Shown: positions 39,966 to 50,316, counted from the stretch's first letter. The stretch: 64,000 bases of DNA from Vulcanimicrobiota bacterium (GCA_963714015.1 OY970223.1:1216001-1280000), one strand, 5' to 3'. Notes: generated by a model not told the origin, from the sequence alone. Translations and numbers: made by a program.

Positions 39966-40799
39966 ATGCCGAACGACATGCAAGCGCTTACGCCGGCGAC
40001 CGTGCACGAAGCTCGCGTACTCGACAGGACGGAGCTTGCACCCGGCGTGGTCCTCCTTGGTTTTCACGCTCCGGAACTCGCCGGCGTGACAAAACCTGGA
40101 CAATTCGTCATGGTCGTTCCGCCCGGCGGTGAACGTGCCGCGACGGCGCTCGGCGTCTATGAAGCGCAGGGCGATCGGGCCAGCGTGCTTTTTTTCGTCT
40201 GCGGGCATCGGACTCGTGAACTTGCAGAATTGAGCTGCGGCGATCATGTTACCGTTTTTGGTCCTCTCGGTAATGGTTTCACACTTTCCGGCATAAGTCA
40301 CGCGGCGATAGTTGCAGGAGGCGTGGGTATTGCGTCTGTGCTACTTCCGGCCCAGTCCCTAGTACAAAAGGACAGCCGCGTCCAGTTGTACTACGGGGCG
40401 CGCACTGCAGAATTGCTCGTCGAAAAGGATCGCTTTGCCGCCGAAGGGTGCGAAGTCATTTGCGCGACGGATGACGGATCGCACGGGCACCACGGATATG
40501 TCACGCATGCGCTTGCCGCCGCGCACGAGCGGCCGCAGATGATTTTGGCGTGCGGCCCCTCGCCGATGCTGCGCGCAGTTGCCTACGTCGCCCGCGAATT
40601 CGGGATTCCCGCGCAGCTCTCACTTGAAGAGACCTTCGCGTGCGGCGTCGGCGGGTGTTGGGGCTGCGTCGTCGCGCTCGATCGCTCCAGCGCGCAAGCG
40701 CCTGGGTTTCCCCCGCCGCGCGCCGGCGGCAGCGACGTCGTCTATGCGCGCATCTGCAGGGAAGGCCCGGTGTTCTGGGCGCACGAGCTGCGATGGTAA
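39966..40799 (+). CDS. pyrK: Dihydroorotate dehydrogenase electron-transfer subunit
   Basis: PGQFVM, GPLGNGF, AGGVGIA, ACGPSPML, CGVGGCWGC, RICREGPVF; exact start uncertain. Confidence 0.9.
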   Translation: MPNDMQALTPATVHEARVLDRTELAPGVVLLGFHAPELAGVTKPGQFVMVVPPGGERAATALGVYEAQGDRASVLFFVCGHRTRELAELSCGDHVTVFGPLGNGFTLSGISHAAIVAGGVGIASVLLPAQSLVQKDSRVQLYYGARTAELLVEKDRFAAEGCEVICATDDGSHGHHGYVTHALAAAHERPQMILACGPSPMLRAVAYVAREFGIPAQLSLEETFACGVGGCWGCVVALDRSSAQAPGFPPPRAGGSDVVYARICREGPVFWAHELRW

Positions 40800-41755
40800 C
40801 GACTGCAGTCGATCTATCGGTTCGCATCGGCAAGCTCGAGCTGGATTTTCCGACGCTCATGGGCAGCGGATGTTATGGATCCGGCGAGGAGTTTGCTCCG
40901 TTCGTCGACCTGGCAAGCATCGGCGGTGTCGTGCTCAAGAGCGTTACGCGCTTGCCCCGTCTCGGCAATCAGACGCCGCGTTTGGTGCATACGCCGGCAG
41001 GGATGCTCAACGCGATCGGATTGCAAAATCCCGGCATTGAATACTACTTGGAACACGAGGTCGCCAAGTTCAAGTCGCGTCCTTGCAAAGTCGTGGGAAG
41101 CGTCGCGGGGTTCTCGGTCGACGATTACGCTTACGTTGCCGAGCGATTAGCCGCGCGCGACGAGATTCACGCGATCGAAGTGAACATCTCGTGTCCGAAC
41201 GTGGCGTCGGAAGGCGAGACGTTTGCTTGCGATCCCAATCTGACCGCGCGGGTGGTCCGGGAAGTGCGCAGCGTGACGGACAAAACGCTGATCGTCAAGC
41301 TCTCGCCCAACGTCACCGATATCGCAACGATCGCTTGCGAAGCCGAGCGCGCGGGCGCAGATGCGCTTGCGGTCATCAATACCGTTCGCGGCATGGCTAT
41401 CGACGTTCAGACGTGGAAGCCGCGGCTCGGCAACGTCACCGGCGGCCTCTCCGGTCCCGCCATTCGCCCGATCGCGGTGCTCGCAGTGTACGAAGTTGCG
41501 CGCGCGGTGAAGGTTCCAATCGTCGGACAAGGCGGCATCGAAACGCTATCGGACGCATTGGAGTTTTTTTTGGCCGGCGCTACGGCGATCTCGATCGGAA
41601 CCGCCAACTTCACCGACCCGCGCATTCCCGTGCGGATCGCGGCCGAGTTGCGCGCGTATTTGGCAGCGCGCGGACTGCACTCGCTGCGCGATATTGCCGG
41701 CAAAGCAAACGTCGGTTTCGCCAGCCCATACCAATACGAGGGCGATGAAGGATGA
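40793..41755 (+). CDS. pyrD: Dihydroorotate dehydrogenase, class 1B
   Basis: MLNAIGLQNPG, EVNISCPNV, VKLSPNVTD, GGLSGPAIRP. Confidence 0.96.
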   Translation: MVTTAVDLSVRIGKLELDFPTLMGSGCYGSGEEFAPFVDLASIGGVVLKSVTRLPRLGNQTPRLVHTPAGMLNAIGLQNPGIEYYLEHEVAKFKSRPCKVVGSVAGFSVDDYAYVAERLAARDEIHAIEVNISCPNVASEGETFACDPNLTARVVREVRSVTDKTLIVKLSPNVTDIATIACEAERAGADALAVINTVRGMAIDVQTWKPRLGNVTGGLSGPAIRPIAVLAVYEVARAVKVPIVGQGGIETLSDALEFFLAGATAISIGTANFTDPRIPVRIAAELRAYLAARGLHSLRDIAGKANVGFASPYQYEGDEG

Positions 41756-42475
41756 GCGCGCGTCTCGTCGTTGCGCTCGACGTTCCGGACCCCGGCCGCG
41801 CCGAAGCGCTGATCGATCGGCTTTATGAGCTCGATTTGATCTACAAGGTCGGATTAGAATCGCTTTACGGCTACGGGGAACGGATCTTTTCATATCTGGA
41901 AGCGCGCGACGTCCGCCATTTCATCGACGCGAAAGTTCACGACATTCCGCGTACTGCCGCCGCTGCGGTAGCGCAGCTGGTTCGTCACGGCACGCACATC
42001 GTCAACGTTCACGCGCTCGGAGGAACGGCGATGATGGGCGCTTGCATCGAATCGGTAAAGCAGCGCTCGGCCGAGCTGCCGTATGCCGGTCCCCCACGTA
42101 TTCGCGGTGACGATTTTAACGAGCATGACGCAGCACGATCTGGCCGAGGTAGGTTTGGACGGCAACGCTGAAAAGAACGCGTCGCGCCTAGCGCAGCTCG
42201 CGCGTGACGCCGGCTGTTCCGGCGTCGTTTGCAGCGCCCGCGAAGTTCGCGCGATTAAGGAGTGCGTGGGATCCGATTTCCTGACGCTTACGCCGGGGAT
42301 CCGTCCTGCCGGCACCGCCCATGGGGATCAGGTGCGCGTTACGACTCCGGCCGATGCGGTACGCGCGGGCTCCGATTATCTGGTCGTGGGACGGCCGATC
42401 GTGGAGGCCACCGATCCGCTGGCGGCTGCGAAGGCAATCCTGAGCGAAATGAACGAAGCACCGCTCTCATGCTGA
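41752..42475 (+). CDS. pyrF: Orotidine-5'-phosphate decarboxylase, +1 frameshift near 42079
   Basis: VVALD, DAKVHDIPRT, then AVTILTSM, TPGIRP, DQVRVTTP, YLVVGRPI in next frame. Confidence 0.93.
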
Positions 42476-43038
42476 ATGTGAACCTCGAACGCGAGCTCAA
42501 AGAACGCGGTGCGCTGCTCGGCGGGCACTTCAAATTGAGCTCGGGACGGCACAGCAACCGGTTCATCCAAAAGTTTCGAATCCTCGAAGATCCGTCGATC
42601 GTCGAACCGGTCGCGCGTGGGATTGCGGATGCATTTCGCGCAGAGCGCCCCTCAATCGTAGTCAGCGCGGCCGTGGGCGGCATCATCCTTGGTTACGAAG
42701 TCGCGCGCGCTCTGGGCACCAAAGCGATCTTCGTGGAGAAGGAGGGCGGCGTGCCGGTGCTTCGGCGCAGTTTCCACCTCAGTGCGAACGATCGCGTACT
42801 GGTCGTCGAGGACGTCGTCACGACCGGCGGTTCGGTCAAAGAAGTTCTCGGCGTCGTCGCTCAGACCGGCGCGCGGACGATCGGCGTCGGCGCGATCGTC
42901 AAACGCGGGGACGCTGATTTCGGCTTGAAGACGCATGCGCTGCTCGAAATGCCCATCGTGTCTTACGATCCCGCGGAGTGCCCGCAGTGTGCAGCCGGCG
43001 AGCCGATCGGCGATCCCGGCTCCCGCAGAGCGAAGTGA
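42469..43038 (+). CDS. pyrE: Orotate phosphoribosyltransferase
   Basis: GHFKLSSGRHS, VLVVEDVVTTGGS, PGSR end. Confidence 0.95.
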   Translation: MLNVNLERELKERGALLGGHFKLSSGRHSNRFIQKFRILEDPSIVEPVARGIADAFRAERPSIVVSAAVGGIILGYEVARALGTKAIFVEKEGGVPVLRRSFHLSANDRVLVVEDVVTTGGSVKEVLGVVAQTGARTIGVGAIVKRGDADFGLKTHALLEMPIVSYDPAECPQCAAGEPIGDPGSRRAK

Positions 43039-43508
43039 CTGCCAAGGCCGGCGTCACGATTCGCGAGGGCCGGCTCGACGACCGCCCATTCGTGCGCAGC
43101 CTCGGGCACCGCACCATTGCGGACTCGGTGGCCGCGTTCCGGCATTTCAATGCGGCGATGCTGGCCGCGAGCTACGACGGGCTGCTCGAATTCGTCTTTG
43201 CGCAGCCGCACGTCTTGCTGGTGGCGGAACGGGAAGGCCAACTTTTGGGTTTCGCACTCATGCTGACTTCGATGCCCGACGAGGTTACTCGCATGCCGCA
43301 AGGCTTCATCGCGTACATGGCGGTGGAAACTTCCGCCCGGCGCTGCGGTATTGCCAACCAGCTGCTTTCGGCCGCCGAAGAGGAAGCGCGGCGAATGGGG
43401 CTGCCGTATATGGGATTGATGGTCACCGAAGACAACGCTGCCGCGCTCAGGCTTTACGAGCGTTCCGGTTTCCTGACGGAGCGGCGTTTGCTGTGCAAGC
43501 CGCTCTAA
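43035..43508 (+). CDS. GNAT acetyltransferase
   Basis: ARRCGIANQLL, NAAALRLYERSGF; GTG overlaps pyrE stop. Confidence 0.88.
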   Translation: MTAKAGVTIREGRLDDRPFVRSLGHRTIADSVAAFRHFNAAMLAASYDGLLEFVFAQPHVLLVAEREGQLLGFALMLTSMPDEVTRMPQGFIAYMAVETSARRCGIANQLLSAAEEEARRMGLPYMGLMVTEDNAAALRLYERSGFLTERRLLCKPL

Positions 43509-44644
43509 CCGAGAGCAGCCGGCGGCGGGTCTGGATTGCCGCCGGAGCGCTGATTTTTTTAGCGCTCGCGCTGATCTTTTTCACGCACATCCCGAAGACG
43601 GTGGCGATCTTCGTCACGGCTGCATTCGTGGCATCGGCGGTCGCGCCGGTCGTCGCGTGGCTCGAAGAACACCGTTTGCCGCGCGCGTGGGCGATTACCG
43701 CAGTCTACACGCTTTTGATCCTGTTCACGATCGTGCTGCTCGTGATCGTGGTGCCGATGAGCGTGGTGCAGTCGCAGCTGCTCATCGCCAATACACCGGC
43801 GTATTTGCACGCTGCTCAAGCATGGGCCATCGGCGCACAAGCGGCACTTCGCGCGCGTTTCCCGCAGGCCAACATTCCGCCCCAGTTGCTGAACATTCAA
43901 TCGTTCGGCGCCCAGCGGGTGAGCGAGATCCTCTCGGTGACGATCGCTTCACTCGGCGCCTTTGCGATCAACATCGCGACCGGGCTGTTCATCGCTTTTT
44001 CCGCGCTGACGCTTTCGTTTTTCTTTTTGCTCAACCATGAGGGACTTGCGCAAGGCTTCGCCGGGTTCTTCCCGCCCAGCAAGCGCGCGATGGCGCGAAG
44101 ACTTTCGACCGAAGCCGTGGGCGTCTTCGGCGGTTACATCGCCGGACAGGTGATCGTCAGTCTCATCACGGGCGTGGTCATCGGCGTGGTAACGGCGATT
44201 TTCGGGTTCAAGTTCGCGTTGTTGATAGGCATTTTGAGCGCGATCGGCTATGCGATCCCGATCATCGGCATGATCGTGGTGCAGCTCATCGCGCTGATGC
44301 TTTCCGCGCCGCAAGGGTTGTTCGTCGTCGTGATGGTTCAGGCGGTGATGTTCGCGATGGCTCGGGTGAGCGACAGCGTGCTGGTCCCGAAGATCATGGG
44401 CGGAACGGTCGGCGTCTCGCCGATTACCGTGATGTTTGCCGTATTCGCGGGCGGCGAACTCTTCGGTTTACCGGGATTGATCTTGGGAATCCCCGCGGCG
44501 GCGATTGCCCGGCTCCTGTGGCGCTATTTTCTGGGCCCTTGGCTGCACGGGCAGATCGACTCCGTCGACGACCATCGGCCCGAACCGCCGGCGATGATGG
44601 AAGATCCCGTCATCGAGCCGATCGTCGTGGTCGAACGCAGTTGA
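43493..44644 (+). CDS. AI-2E (PerM) family transporter
   Basis: PVVAWLE, GGYIAGQ, LVPKIMG..VGVSP, GGELFGLPGLILGIP. Confidence 0.9.
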   Translation: MQAALTESSRRRVWIAAGALIFLALALIFFTHIPKTVAIFVTAAFVASAVAPVVAWLEEHRLPRAWAITAVYTLLILFTIVLLVIVVPMSVVQSQLLIANTPAYLHAAQAWAIGAQAALRARFPQANIPPQLLNIQSFGAQRVSEILSVTIASLGAFAINIATGLFIAFSALTLSFFFLLNHEGLAQGFAGFFPPSKRAMARRLSTEAVGVFGGYIAGQVIVSLITGVVIGVVTAIFGFKFALLIGILSAIGYAIPIIGMIVVQLIALMLSAPQGLFVVVMVQAVMFAMARVSDSVLVPKIMGGTVGVSPITVMFAVFAGGELFGLPGLILGIPAAAIARLLWRYFLGPWLHGQIDSVDDHRPEPPAMMEDPVIEPIVVVERS

Positions 44645-44949
44645 AGCGATTCCTCTCGGAGCCGCTCGAACCAATCTTCGGCGGCCCGTCCGCCGGCCCA
44701 CTTTATAGAGCGGGCGGCCATATGGAACCACTCCTGCCCGCAGCGTTTCGCCGGCAACACGAAAGACTGGACGTCGGCACCGTTTTGAAGACGTGGCGTT
44801 CGACGAAAGAGGACCGCGGGGACGTGTACCTCAAGCGGCACTGGTTCGAGTTTGAAACCAGCGCAAGCCGCAAAGCGGTTGTGTATTTCGATCGCGCCGC
44901 GCGCCGCGGCGGTCCGCATTGGTTTCTGTTTTCTTTAGAAGACGCGTAG
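44641..44949 (+). CDS. Small hypothetical protein (DUF6504-like)
   Basis: TTG 44641 overlaps upstream stop; KRFLSEPLEP, RHWFEF, VYFDR, WFLFS. Confidence 0.6.
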   Translation: MKRFLSEPLEPIFGGPSAGPLYRAGGHMEPLLPAAFRRQHERLDVGTVLKTWRSTKEDRGDVYLKRHWFEFETSASRKAVVYFDRAARRGGPHWFLFSLEDA

Positions 44950-44950
44950 A

Positions 44951-45826
44951 GTGGAATATTTGCTTTTCGACGTATTCGCGGAGCGGCCGTTCCAAGGCAA
45001 TCAGCTCGCAGTCTTTCCGGATCCGGGCGGGCTGGGCGACGGCGCGATGCAGCGTCTGGCAAACGAATTGAACCTTGCGGAGAGTATCTTCCTCACGCGC
45101 ACCGGCAACGACGCGAGGCCGGCGTCCGTGCGCATCTTTACGCCTGCGCGCGAAGTGCTCTTTGCGGGGCATCCGACGGTTGGAGCGACGATCGCCATTG
45201 CGGACGTTCTCAAGTGGGTGCCCCAATCCGTCACCGAGTTCGTGTTGGAAGAACGCGTCGGCGACGTCGCCGTGCGAGTGGAACGATCGGGCGAGACGAC
45301 CGCGTGGCTGCGCACGCCGCCCGTCGACTTTCGCAAGACCTTCGACCGCAGCCTCGGCGCGGCGGCGCTGAGTCTGCCGAGCGAGCGCGTGCGGTCCGAT
45401 CTTCCCGTGCAAATCGTCAGCGCCGGAAACCCGTTTCTCTACGTTCCGCTCGTTGACGCGCAGGCGGTCGACGCGGCCGCATTGGACGTGCGAGCTCTCG
45501 GCAAATTCCTCACCAAATCGGATGATATCGTCGGCGTCTTTCTTTTCGCTCAGACGGAGCGCGGCACGTACAGCCGCATGTTTGCGCCGATGTCGGGCAT
45601 CGCGGAAGATCCCGCGACGGGGAGCGCCACCGGACCGCTCTACGCGTTCCTATTCCAAAACGGCGCCTTGAAAACTCCGGACGCTTGGTTTATCGCCGAG
45701 CAGGGCGTGAAGCTCGGCCGGCGCAGCGTTTTGCACGTGCGCGTGAACGCTGCCGGAGATCGTTTGGAATCGATCGACGTCGGAGGCGCCGCAATCCACG
45801 TGGGCGACGGCCGAATCAGCGTATAG
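44951..45826 (+). CDS. PhzF family isomerase
   Basis: DVFAERPFQGNQLAV, ELNLAES, FAGHPT, EDPATGSA, EQG..GR.S. Confidence 0.94.
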   Translation: MEYLLFDVFAERPFQGNQLAVFPDPGGLGDGAMQRLANELNLAESIFLTRTGNDARPASVRIFTPAREVLFAGHPTVGATIAIADVLKWVPQSVTEFVLEERVGDVAVRVERSGETTAWLRTPPVDFRKTFDRSLGAAALSLPSERVRSDLPVQIVSAGNPFLYVPLVDAQAVDAAALDVRALGKFLTKSDDIVGVFLFAQTERGTYSRMFAPMSGIAEDPATGSATGPLYAFLFQNGALKTPDAWFIAEQGVKLGRRSVLHVRVNAAGDRLESIDVGGAAIHVGDGRISV

Positions 45827-45832
45827 CCGGGA

Positions 45833-47521
45833 CTACATCGTTTCGGGCGCGCTGACGCCCATCATCGCGAGTGTGCGCGCCAGCACCGTCTTGGTAGCCA
45901 GACAGAGTCCAAGCCTGGCCAAGCGCACCGGTCGATCGTCCACCAGAATCCGGCACTCATGATAGAACTGATGGAAGTCGGAGGCGATGTCGCGCGCATA
46001 ACGCGCGAGCCGGTGCGGCGCCAGATTATCCACGACGTTTTGCACGATGCGCGGAAGTTCGGTCAGCCGCCGCGCCAGCGCAATCTCCGAATCGTGCGTA
46101 AGCGCTTCAAGCGTTTGACCGGCTCGTGCGGCTAAAATGTCGGTCCCGTCGGCATTTTTGAAGACCGATTCGATGCGCGCATGACCGTACTGGACGTAGT
46201 AGACGGGATTGTCGTTAGTCTGCTCCTTTGCCAGCTCCAAGTCGAACGTCAGCGGCGACTCGGGCGAGAGCATGATGAAGAAGAACCGTGCCGCGTCGAC
46301 GCCGACTTCATCGATGATCTCGTCGAGCGTAACGATTTGGCCTGCGCGCTTGCTCATGCTCACCACTTCATTGCCGCGCATAAGCGTGATCTGCTGCGCA
46401 ATGAGCACCTCGAGGCGATCGCGATCGTAGCCGAGGGCTTCAGCCAATCCTTTGAGCCGCCCGATGTATCCGTGATGATCCGGACCGAGAATATCGATGA
46501 CTTTGTCCGCGCGCTGAAGCTTCTCGTAATGATAAGTCACGTCGTTGCTGAAGTACGTGGGCCGTCCGTCGCGGCGGATCAGCACGCGGTCCTTGTCGTC
46601 CCCATAATCGGTTGCGCGAAAGAACAGCGCGCCGTCTTCCGCAAACGTGTGGCCGAGTTCCGTCAAGCGCGCGATGCCCGCTTTGATGCGGCCGCTGTCG
46701 TGCAGCTCTTTCTCGCTCTGCCACAAATCGAAGCGCACGCCGAACCGATCGACGGTGCGCTGCTGCTCGGCGACTAGCGTATCGCGCCCGAATTTGGCGA
46801 CTGCGGGAAGCCAAACGTCTTCGTTCTCGTGCAGCCAGCGATCGCCGTCGCGCTGCACGAGCGCGCGCGCGATGGGGATGAGATATTCGCCCGGATACGC
46901 CTCTTCGGGCAGCTGATGCTCCGGTTCGTAGATTTGCCGGTAGCGCGCGTACAGCGAGCGCCCCAGGGTATCGAGCTGGCCGCCGGCGTCATTGACGATC
47001 CATTCGACGAAGACCTCATAGCCGCAGTAGCGCAGCGCTTTGGCGAGGGTGTCGCCGATGCTGCACGTGCGGCCTTGCACGACCACCAGCGGACCGGTGG
47101 GATTTGCGCTGCCGAACTCGAGCGAGATGCGCGCGTTCTTCTTTTCCGCTTGCCCGAATGCGGCGCCGTCGCGCATGATGCGCGCGATCATCGATTGCCA
47201 TACCGCCGGCGCCAGGCGTAGATTGATGAATCCCGCCGTCGGCGTCATGGCGGAAAAGAGATCGCGCAAGTTCGGATTGCGCTCGCCGACGGTTGCCAGG
47301 AGCGCGCCGGCAACTTCTTGCGGAGAGCGTTTCGCGAACTTGGCCAGCGAAAATGCGGCATTGGTGGCAAAGTCGCCGAACTCCGGACGCCGAGGCGCCT
47401 CAAAGCCTACCGAAACGTCCGCAGCTTGCGGATAGAGCTCGGCCGCGGCATCGCGCAGCGCTGCGGCAAACGCCGCTAACGCCGAATCAGGCAGCACGGG
47501 CTCAGTGGTGGTACGGCTCAT
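45833..47521 (-). CDS. argS: Arginine--tRNA ligase
   Basis: FGDFATN, EFGSANPTGPL, DDKDRVL, MSKRAG, NPVYYVQYGHAR, GVSAPETM. Confidence 0.97.
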   Translation of the reverse strand: MSRTTTEPVLPDSALAAFAAALRDAAAELYPQAADVSVGFEAPRRPEFGDFATNAAFSLAKFAKRSPQEVAGALLATVGERNPNLRDLFSAMTPTAGFINLRLAPAVWQSMIARIMRDGAAFGQAEKKNARISLEFGSANPTGPLVVVQGRTCSIGDTLAKALRYCGYEVFVEWIVNDAGGQLDTLGRSLYARYRQIYEPEHQLPEEAYPGEYLIPIARALVQRDGDRWLHENEDVWLPAVAKFGRDTLVAEQQRTVDRFGVRFDLWQSEKELHDSGRIKAGIARLTELGHTFAEDGALFFRATDYGDDKDRVLIRRDGRPTYFSNDVTYHYEKLQRADKVIDILGPDHHGYIGRLKGLAEALGYDRDRLEVLIAQQITLMRGNEVVSMSKRAGQIVTLDEIIDEVGVDAARFFFIMLSPESPLTFDLELAKEQTNDNPVYYVQYGHARIESVFKNADGTDILAARAGQTLEALTHDSEIALARRLTELPRIVQNVVDNLAPHRLARYARDIASDFHQFYHECRILVDDRPVRLARLGLCLATKTVLARTLAMMGVSAPETM

Positions 47522-47963
47522 TACGCGCGATCTTCGCCGCTCGGTAGAGTTGTTCCAGCACGATTGCGCGTGCCCACTCGTGCAGGAAGGTGAGCCGCGA
47601 AAGCGACCACACGAAATCGGCACGGCGGCGCAACGAGTCCGCCGCTCCGTAGGTTCCCGCAATGGCGAATGTCATGCGCCGAGTCCCCGCGTTGCCGACC
47701 GCTGCAACGCGGCGGCTGAGCTGCTCGCTCGATAGTTCCTCTCCTTCCCGATCGAGCAGCCAAAAGCAGTCGTCGTCGTGCAAAAGTTTGAGAATCCGTT
47801 CGCTTTCTTCGGCCATGGCCGCAGCCGGGTGCGTTCCGGCCGATGCTTTTACTTCGGCGATTTCCAAGGGGTAGTACGGCCCCAGCCTGCTCCGGAAATC
47901 GTTGCAAGCTGCGGCGACGTAACGCTCGCGCACCTTGCCGACGGCGATGATTCGCAGTTGCAT
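47502..47963 (-). CDS. rlmH: 23S rRNA pseudouridine-1915 N3-methyltransferase
   Basis: IIAVGK, WSLSRLTFLH, LEQLYRA..I..EPYHH. Confidence 0.93.
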   Translation of the reverse strand: MQLRIIAVGKVRERYVAAACNDFRSRLGPYYPLEIAEVKASAGTHPAAAMAEESERILKLLHDDDCFWLLDREGEELSSEQLSRRVAAVGNAGTRRMTFAIAGTYGAADSLRRRADFVWSLSRLTFLHEWARAIVLEQLYRAAKIARNEPYHH

Positions 47964-48011
47964 TCGCAGGCCTTTCGCAACGCGCGTGCGCGCGTCCGGG
48001 TTGATCCGTAT

Positions 48012-48590
48012 GTGGCGCAGCAGATGGGGCTGTTCGGAGCCGGTCCGAGGGTTTACGCCGACGACGAGACCGGCTCGATTGCATACTACCCGGCACTGTA
48101 CTCGGCGGCCGAGAGCGCGGATCTCTTCGATTTTCTCGAACGTTCGCTGCCTTGGGCGCATGAGACGATGTGGATGTACGACCGCACCGTCGCCGTGCCT
48201 CGCCTCATTGCGCGATTTGCGTCGGGCGATCCCATGCCGCAAGAGCTCGCGCAGGTCCAGGACCGGGTCGAGAGCTTTCTGGACGTGGCCTTCACCGCGC
48301 TCTCCGTTCAGTATTATCGCAACGAACTCGACAGCGTCGCTTGGCACAGCGATCACACCGAGGATCTCATCGAACTTCCGGTCGTCGCACTCGTCAGTTT
48401 GGGTGCCGCGCGCGAAATGCAGGTACGCAGCAAAGCTCGTCCCCGCCGCTCGTTTTCGCTCGATCTCGAGCCCGGCAGCCTCTTTGTGATGAGCGGCCGC
48501 GCACAGGATTTTTGGGAGCATCACGTTCCAAAATTGCGGCGCCCCACGCGGCCGCGCATCAGTGTAGCGCTGCGTCAGCGTAGAACGTAG
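48012..48590 (+). CDS. AlkB-like 2OG-Fe(II) dioxygenase
   Basis: MYDRTVAVPRL, YYRNELDSVAWHSD, WEHHVPK, RISVALR. Confidence 0.9.
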   Translation: MAQQMGLFGAGPRVYADDETGSIAYYPALYSAAESADLFDFLERSLPWAHETMWMYDRTVAVPRLIARFASGDPMPQELAQVQDRVESFLDVAFTALSVQYYRNELDSVAWHSDHTEDLIELPVVALVSLGAAREMQVRSKARPRRSFSLDLEPGSLFVMSGRAQDFWEHHVPKLRRPTRPRISVALRQRRT

Positions 48591-49444
48591 CGCCGGCCCC
48601 GCCGCGCTTCGATACAGCCGTTCAGCTCGAGTATCGAAAGCGATGCAAGGACCGGTGCCGCTTGCGCTTGGGATCGCTCGAGAAGTGCGTCGAGTGTCGT
48701 CTCTCCTGCGGCCAGAATCTCCAGGATGCGAAGCTGCAGCGGATCCTCGGCAACCGGCCGCAGCGGTTCGGACATTCGTTGCGCTGGAACGTTCAAGCGT
48801 AAATCGTCGAGCACGTCCTGCGCGCTGCGGGCGAGGATCGCGCCGTCGCGGATTAGCGCATGGCATCCGGCGACATGCTTCCGGTCGACGTCGCCGGGGA
48901 CGGCGAAAACCGGAATGCGCCCCGCAGCCCAGCTTGCCGTATTGAGCGCGCCGCTTCGGGCGGGAGCTTCGATGACGACGACGGCGTCGACCAGGGCGGC
49001 GACCACGCTGTTGCGCGCCAGGAACTGGAACGGTTGTGCGTGGTGCTCCGGAGGATAGGGCGAAATCACGGCTCCGCCGGCCCCGAGCATCCGTTCCGCT
49101 ATGCCGATGTTGCGGCTTGGAAAGAAGGCGGCATGGCCGCCTCCCAGCACGCCGAGGGTGAACGAGCCCGCCTCCAGCGCGCCCTCGTGAGCGGCGGCGT
49201 CAATGCCTAAGGCGAGCCCGGAGACGATGCAGCAGCCCGCCGCTCCCAGTGCGCTCGCGAATTCACGCGCTTGGCGCTTTCCGTAAGCCGTGGCGCCGCG
49301 GGTCCCAACGATGGCGACTGCTGGTAAGCGCAGGCCCTCTAAGCTTCCGCACACCCAAATTTCACGGAAAGCGACGTTGCCGGCCGGGCGCTCGCCGCGC
49401 GCGGCGACCAAGGCGTCCCAAGGCAGAGGCAGGGGCGATTCCAT
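48575..49444 (-). CDS. dprA: DNA-processing protein DprA (short N-terminus)
   Basis: AIVGTR, VSGLALGIDAAAH, FLARN, EAPARSGALNT, C-terminal wHTH; start uncertain. Confidence 0.92.
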   Translation of the reverse strand: MESPLPLPWDALVAARGERPAGNVAFREIWVCGSLEGLRLPAVAIVGTRGATAYGKRQAREFASALGAAGCCIVSGLALGIDAAAHEGALEAGSFTLGVLGGGHAAFFPSRNIGIAERMLGAGGAVISPYPPEHHAQPFQFLARNSVVAALVDAVVVIEAPARSGALNTASWAAGRIPVFAVPGDVDRKHVAGCHALIRDGAILARSAQDVLDDLRLNVPAQRMSEPLRPVAEDPLQLRILEILAAGETTLDALLERSQAQAAPVLASLSILELNGCIEARRGRRYVLR

Positions 49445-49568
49445 CACCGGCCCCATCACGCTCGTCCACGAGGAAACCAAGGGGGAAACTCACCGGCACC
49501 TGTGAATACCCCGCGCACACCAGCCCCGGTGAGGGTACCCCGCCGCCGGAGTTTCGAAGGAGTCAAAT

Positions 49569-49718
49569 GTGGCAGCAGAAGCCTACTGTGTGAAGTGCAA
49601 GACCAAGCGTCAGATTAAAGACGCCGTGCAAATCACGATGAAAAACGGTCGTCCGGCTACCGAGGGCAAATGCCCGGAGTGCGGGACCAAGATGTTCAAA
49701 ATCGGCGCCGCGAGCTGA
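49569..49718 (+). CDS. 49-aa Zn-ribbon protein, DUF5679-like
   Basis: Not in ORF track; AEAYCVKCKTKR...MKNGRPATEGKCPECGTKMFKIG; RBS AAGGAG. Confidence 0.85.
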   Translation: MAAEAYCVKCKTKRQIKDAVQITMKNGRPATEGKCPECGTKMFKIGAAS

Positions 49719-49742
49719 GATTCGCCCCCAGCCGCAGGTTTC

Positions 49743-49780
49743 GTCGCCGATGAGCAGTGCTCTCGGCGACTTGTTTTTTT
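49743..49780 (+). terminator. Intrinsic terminator
   Basis: GTCGCCGA...TCGGCGAC followed by TTGTTTTTTT. Confidence 0.75.
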
Positions 49781-49829
49781 GCGCCGGGTTCCCTAGTGCC
49801 TTATAATGGGGGCACCCACAAGATGTGGG
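49779..49829 (+). promoter_or_regulatory. Sigma70 promoter of nrdR operon plus candidate NrdR box
   Basis: TTGCGC-N17-TATAAT (49779-49807); palindrome CCCACA-AGA-TGTGGG (49815-49829). Confidence 0.6.
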
Positions 49830-49857
49830 CCGATCGCAGCCAGGGAGCTCACCCCAT

Positions 49858-50310
49858 TTGATTTGCCCGACATGCCGGAAGAACGAGACCCGCGTGGTGG
49901 ATTCGCGCGACGACGAGAACGTCGTGCGCCGCCGCCGCGAATGCCTCGATCCGCGCTGCAAACACCGCTTCACCACGTACGAGCGGATGGAAGCGCCGCG
50001 ATTGTTCGTCGTCAAGAAGGATGGTCGCCGGGAACAGTTCAGCCGGGAGAAGATCCTCGCCGGCCTGCGCCGGGCATGCGAGAAGCGTCCGGTCTCCGAG
50101 TCTCAGATGGAGGCGATCGCGGCAGGACTGGAGCGCGAGCTCTTCGCGCGTGGTGAGAGCGAAGTGCCGTCCACGACGATCGGCGAGAAGTTGATGGAAG
50201 CGCTGCGGAACCTGGACAAGGTAGCCTATATTCGCTTTGCGAGCGTCTACCGGCAATTTCGCGACGTCGAAAGCTTTCAGGAAGAATTGGCAACGCTGCT
50301 CTCCAAGTGA
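49858..50310 (+). CDS. nrdR: Transcriptional repressor NrdR
   Basis: CPTC, VVDSR, RRRREC, RFTTYE, ATP cone, VAYIRFASVY. Confidence 0.96.
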   Translation: MICPTCRKNETRVVDSRDDENVVRRRRECLDPRCKHRFTTYERMEAPRLFVVKKDGRREQFSREKILAGLRRACEKRPVSESQMEAIAAGLERELFARGESEVPSTTIGEKLMEALRNLDKVAYIRFASVYRQFRDVESFQEELATLLSK

Positions 50311-50316
50311 GCCGCG

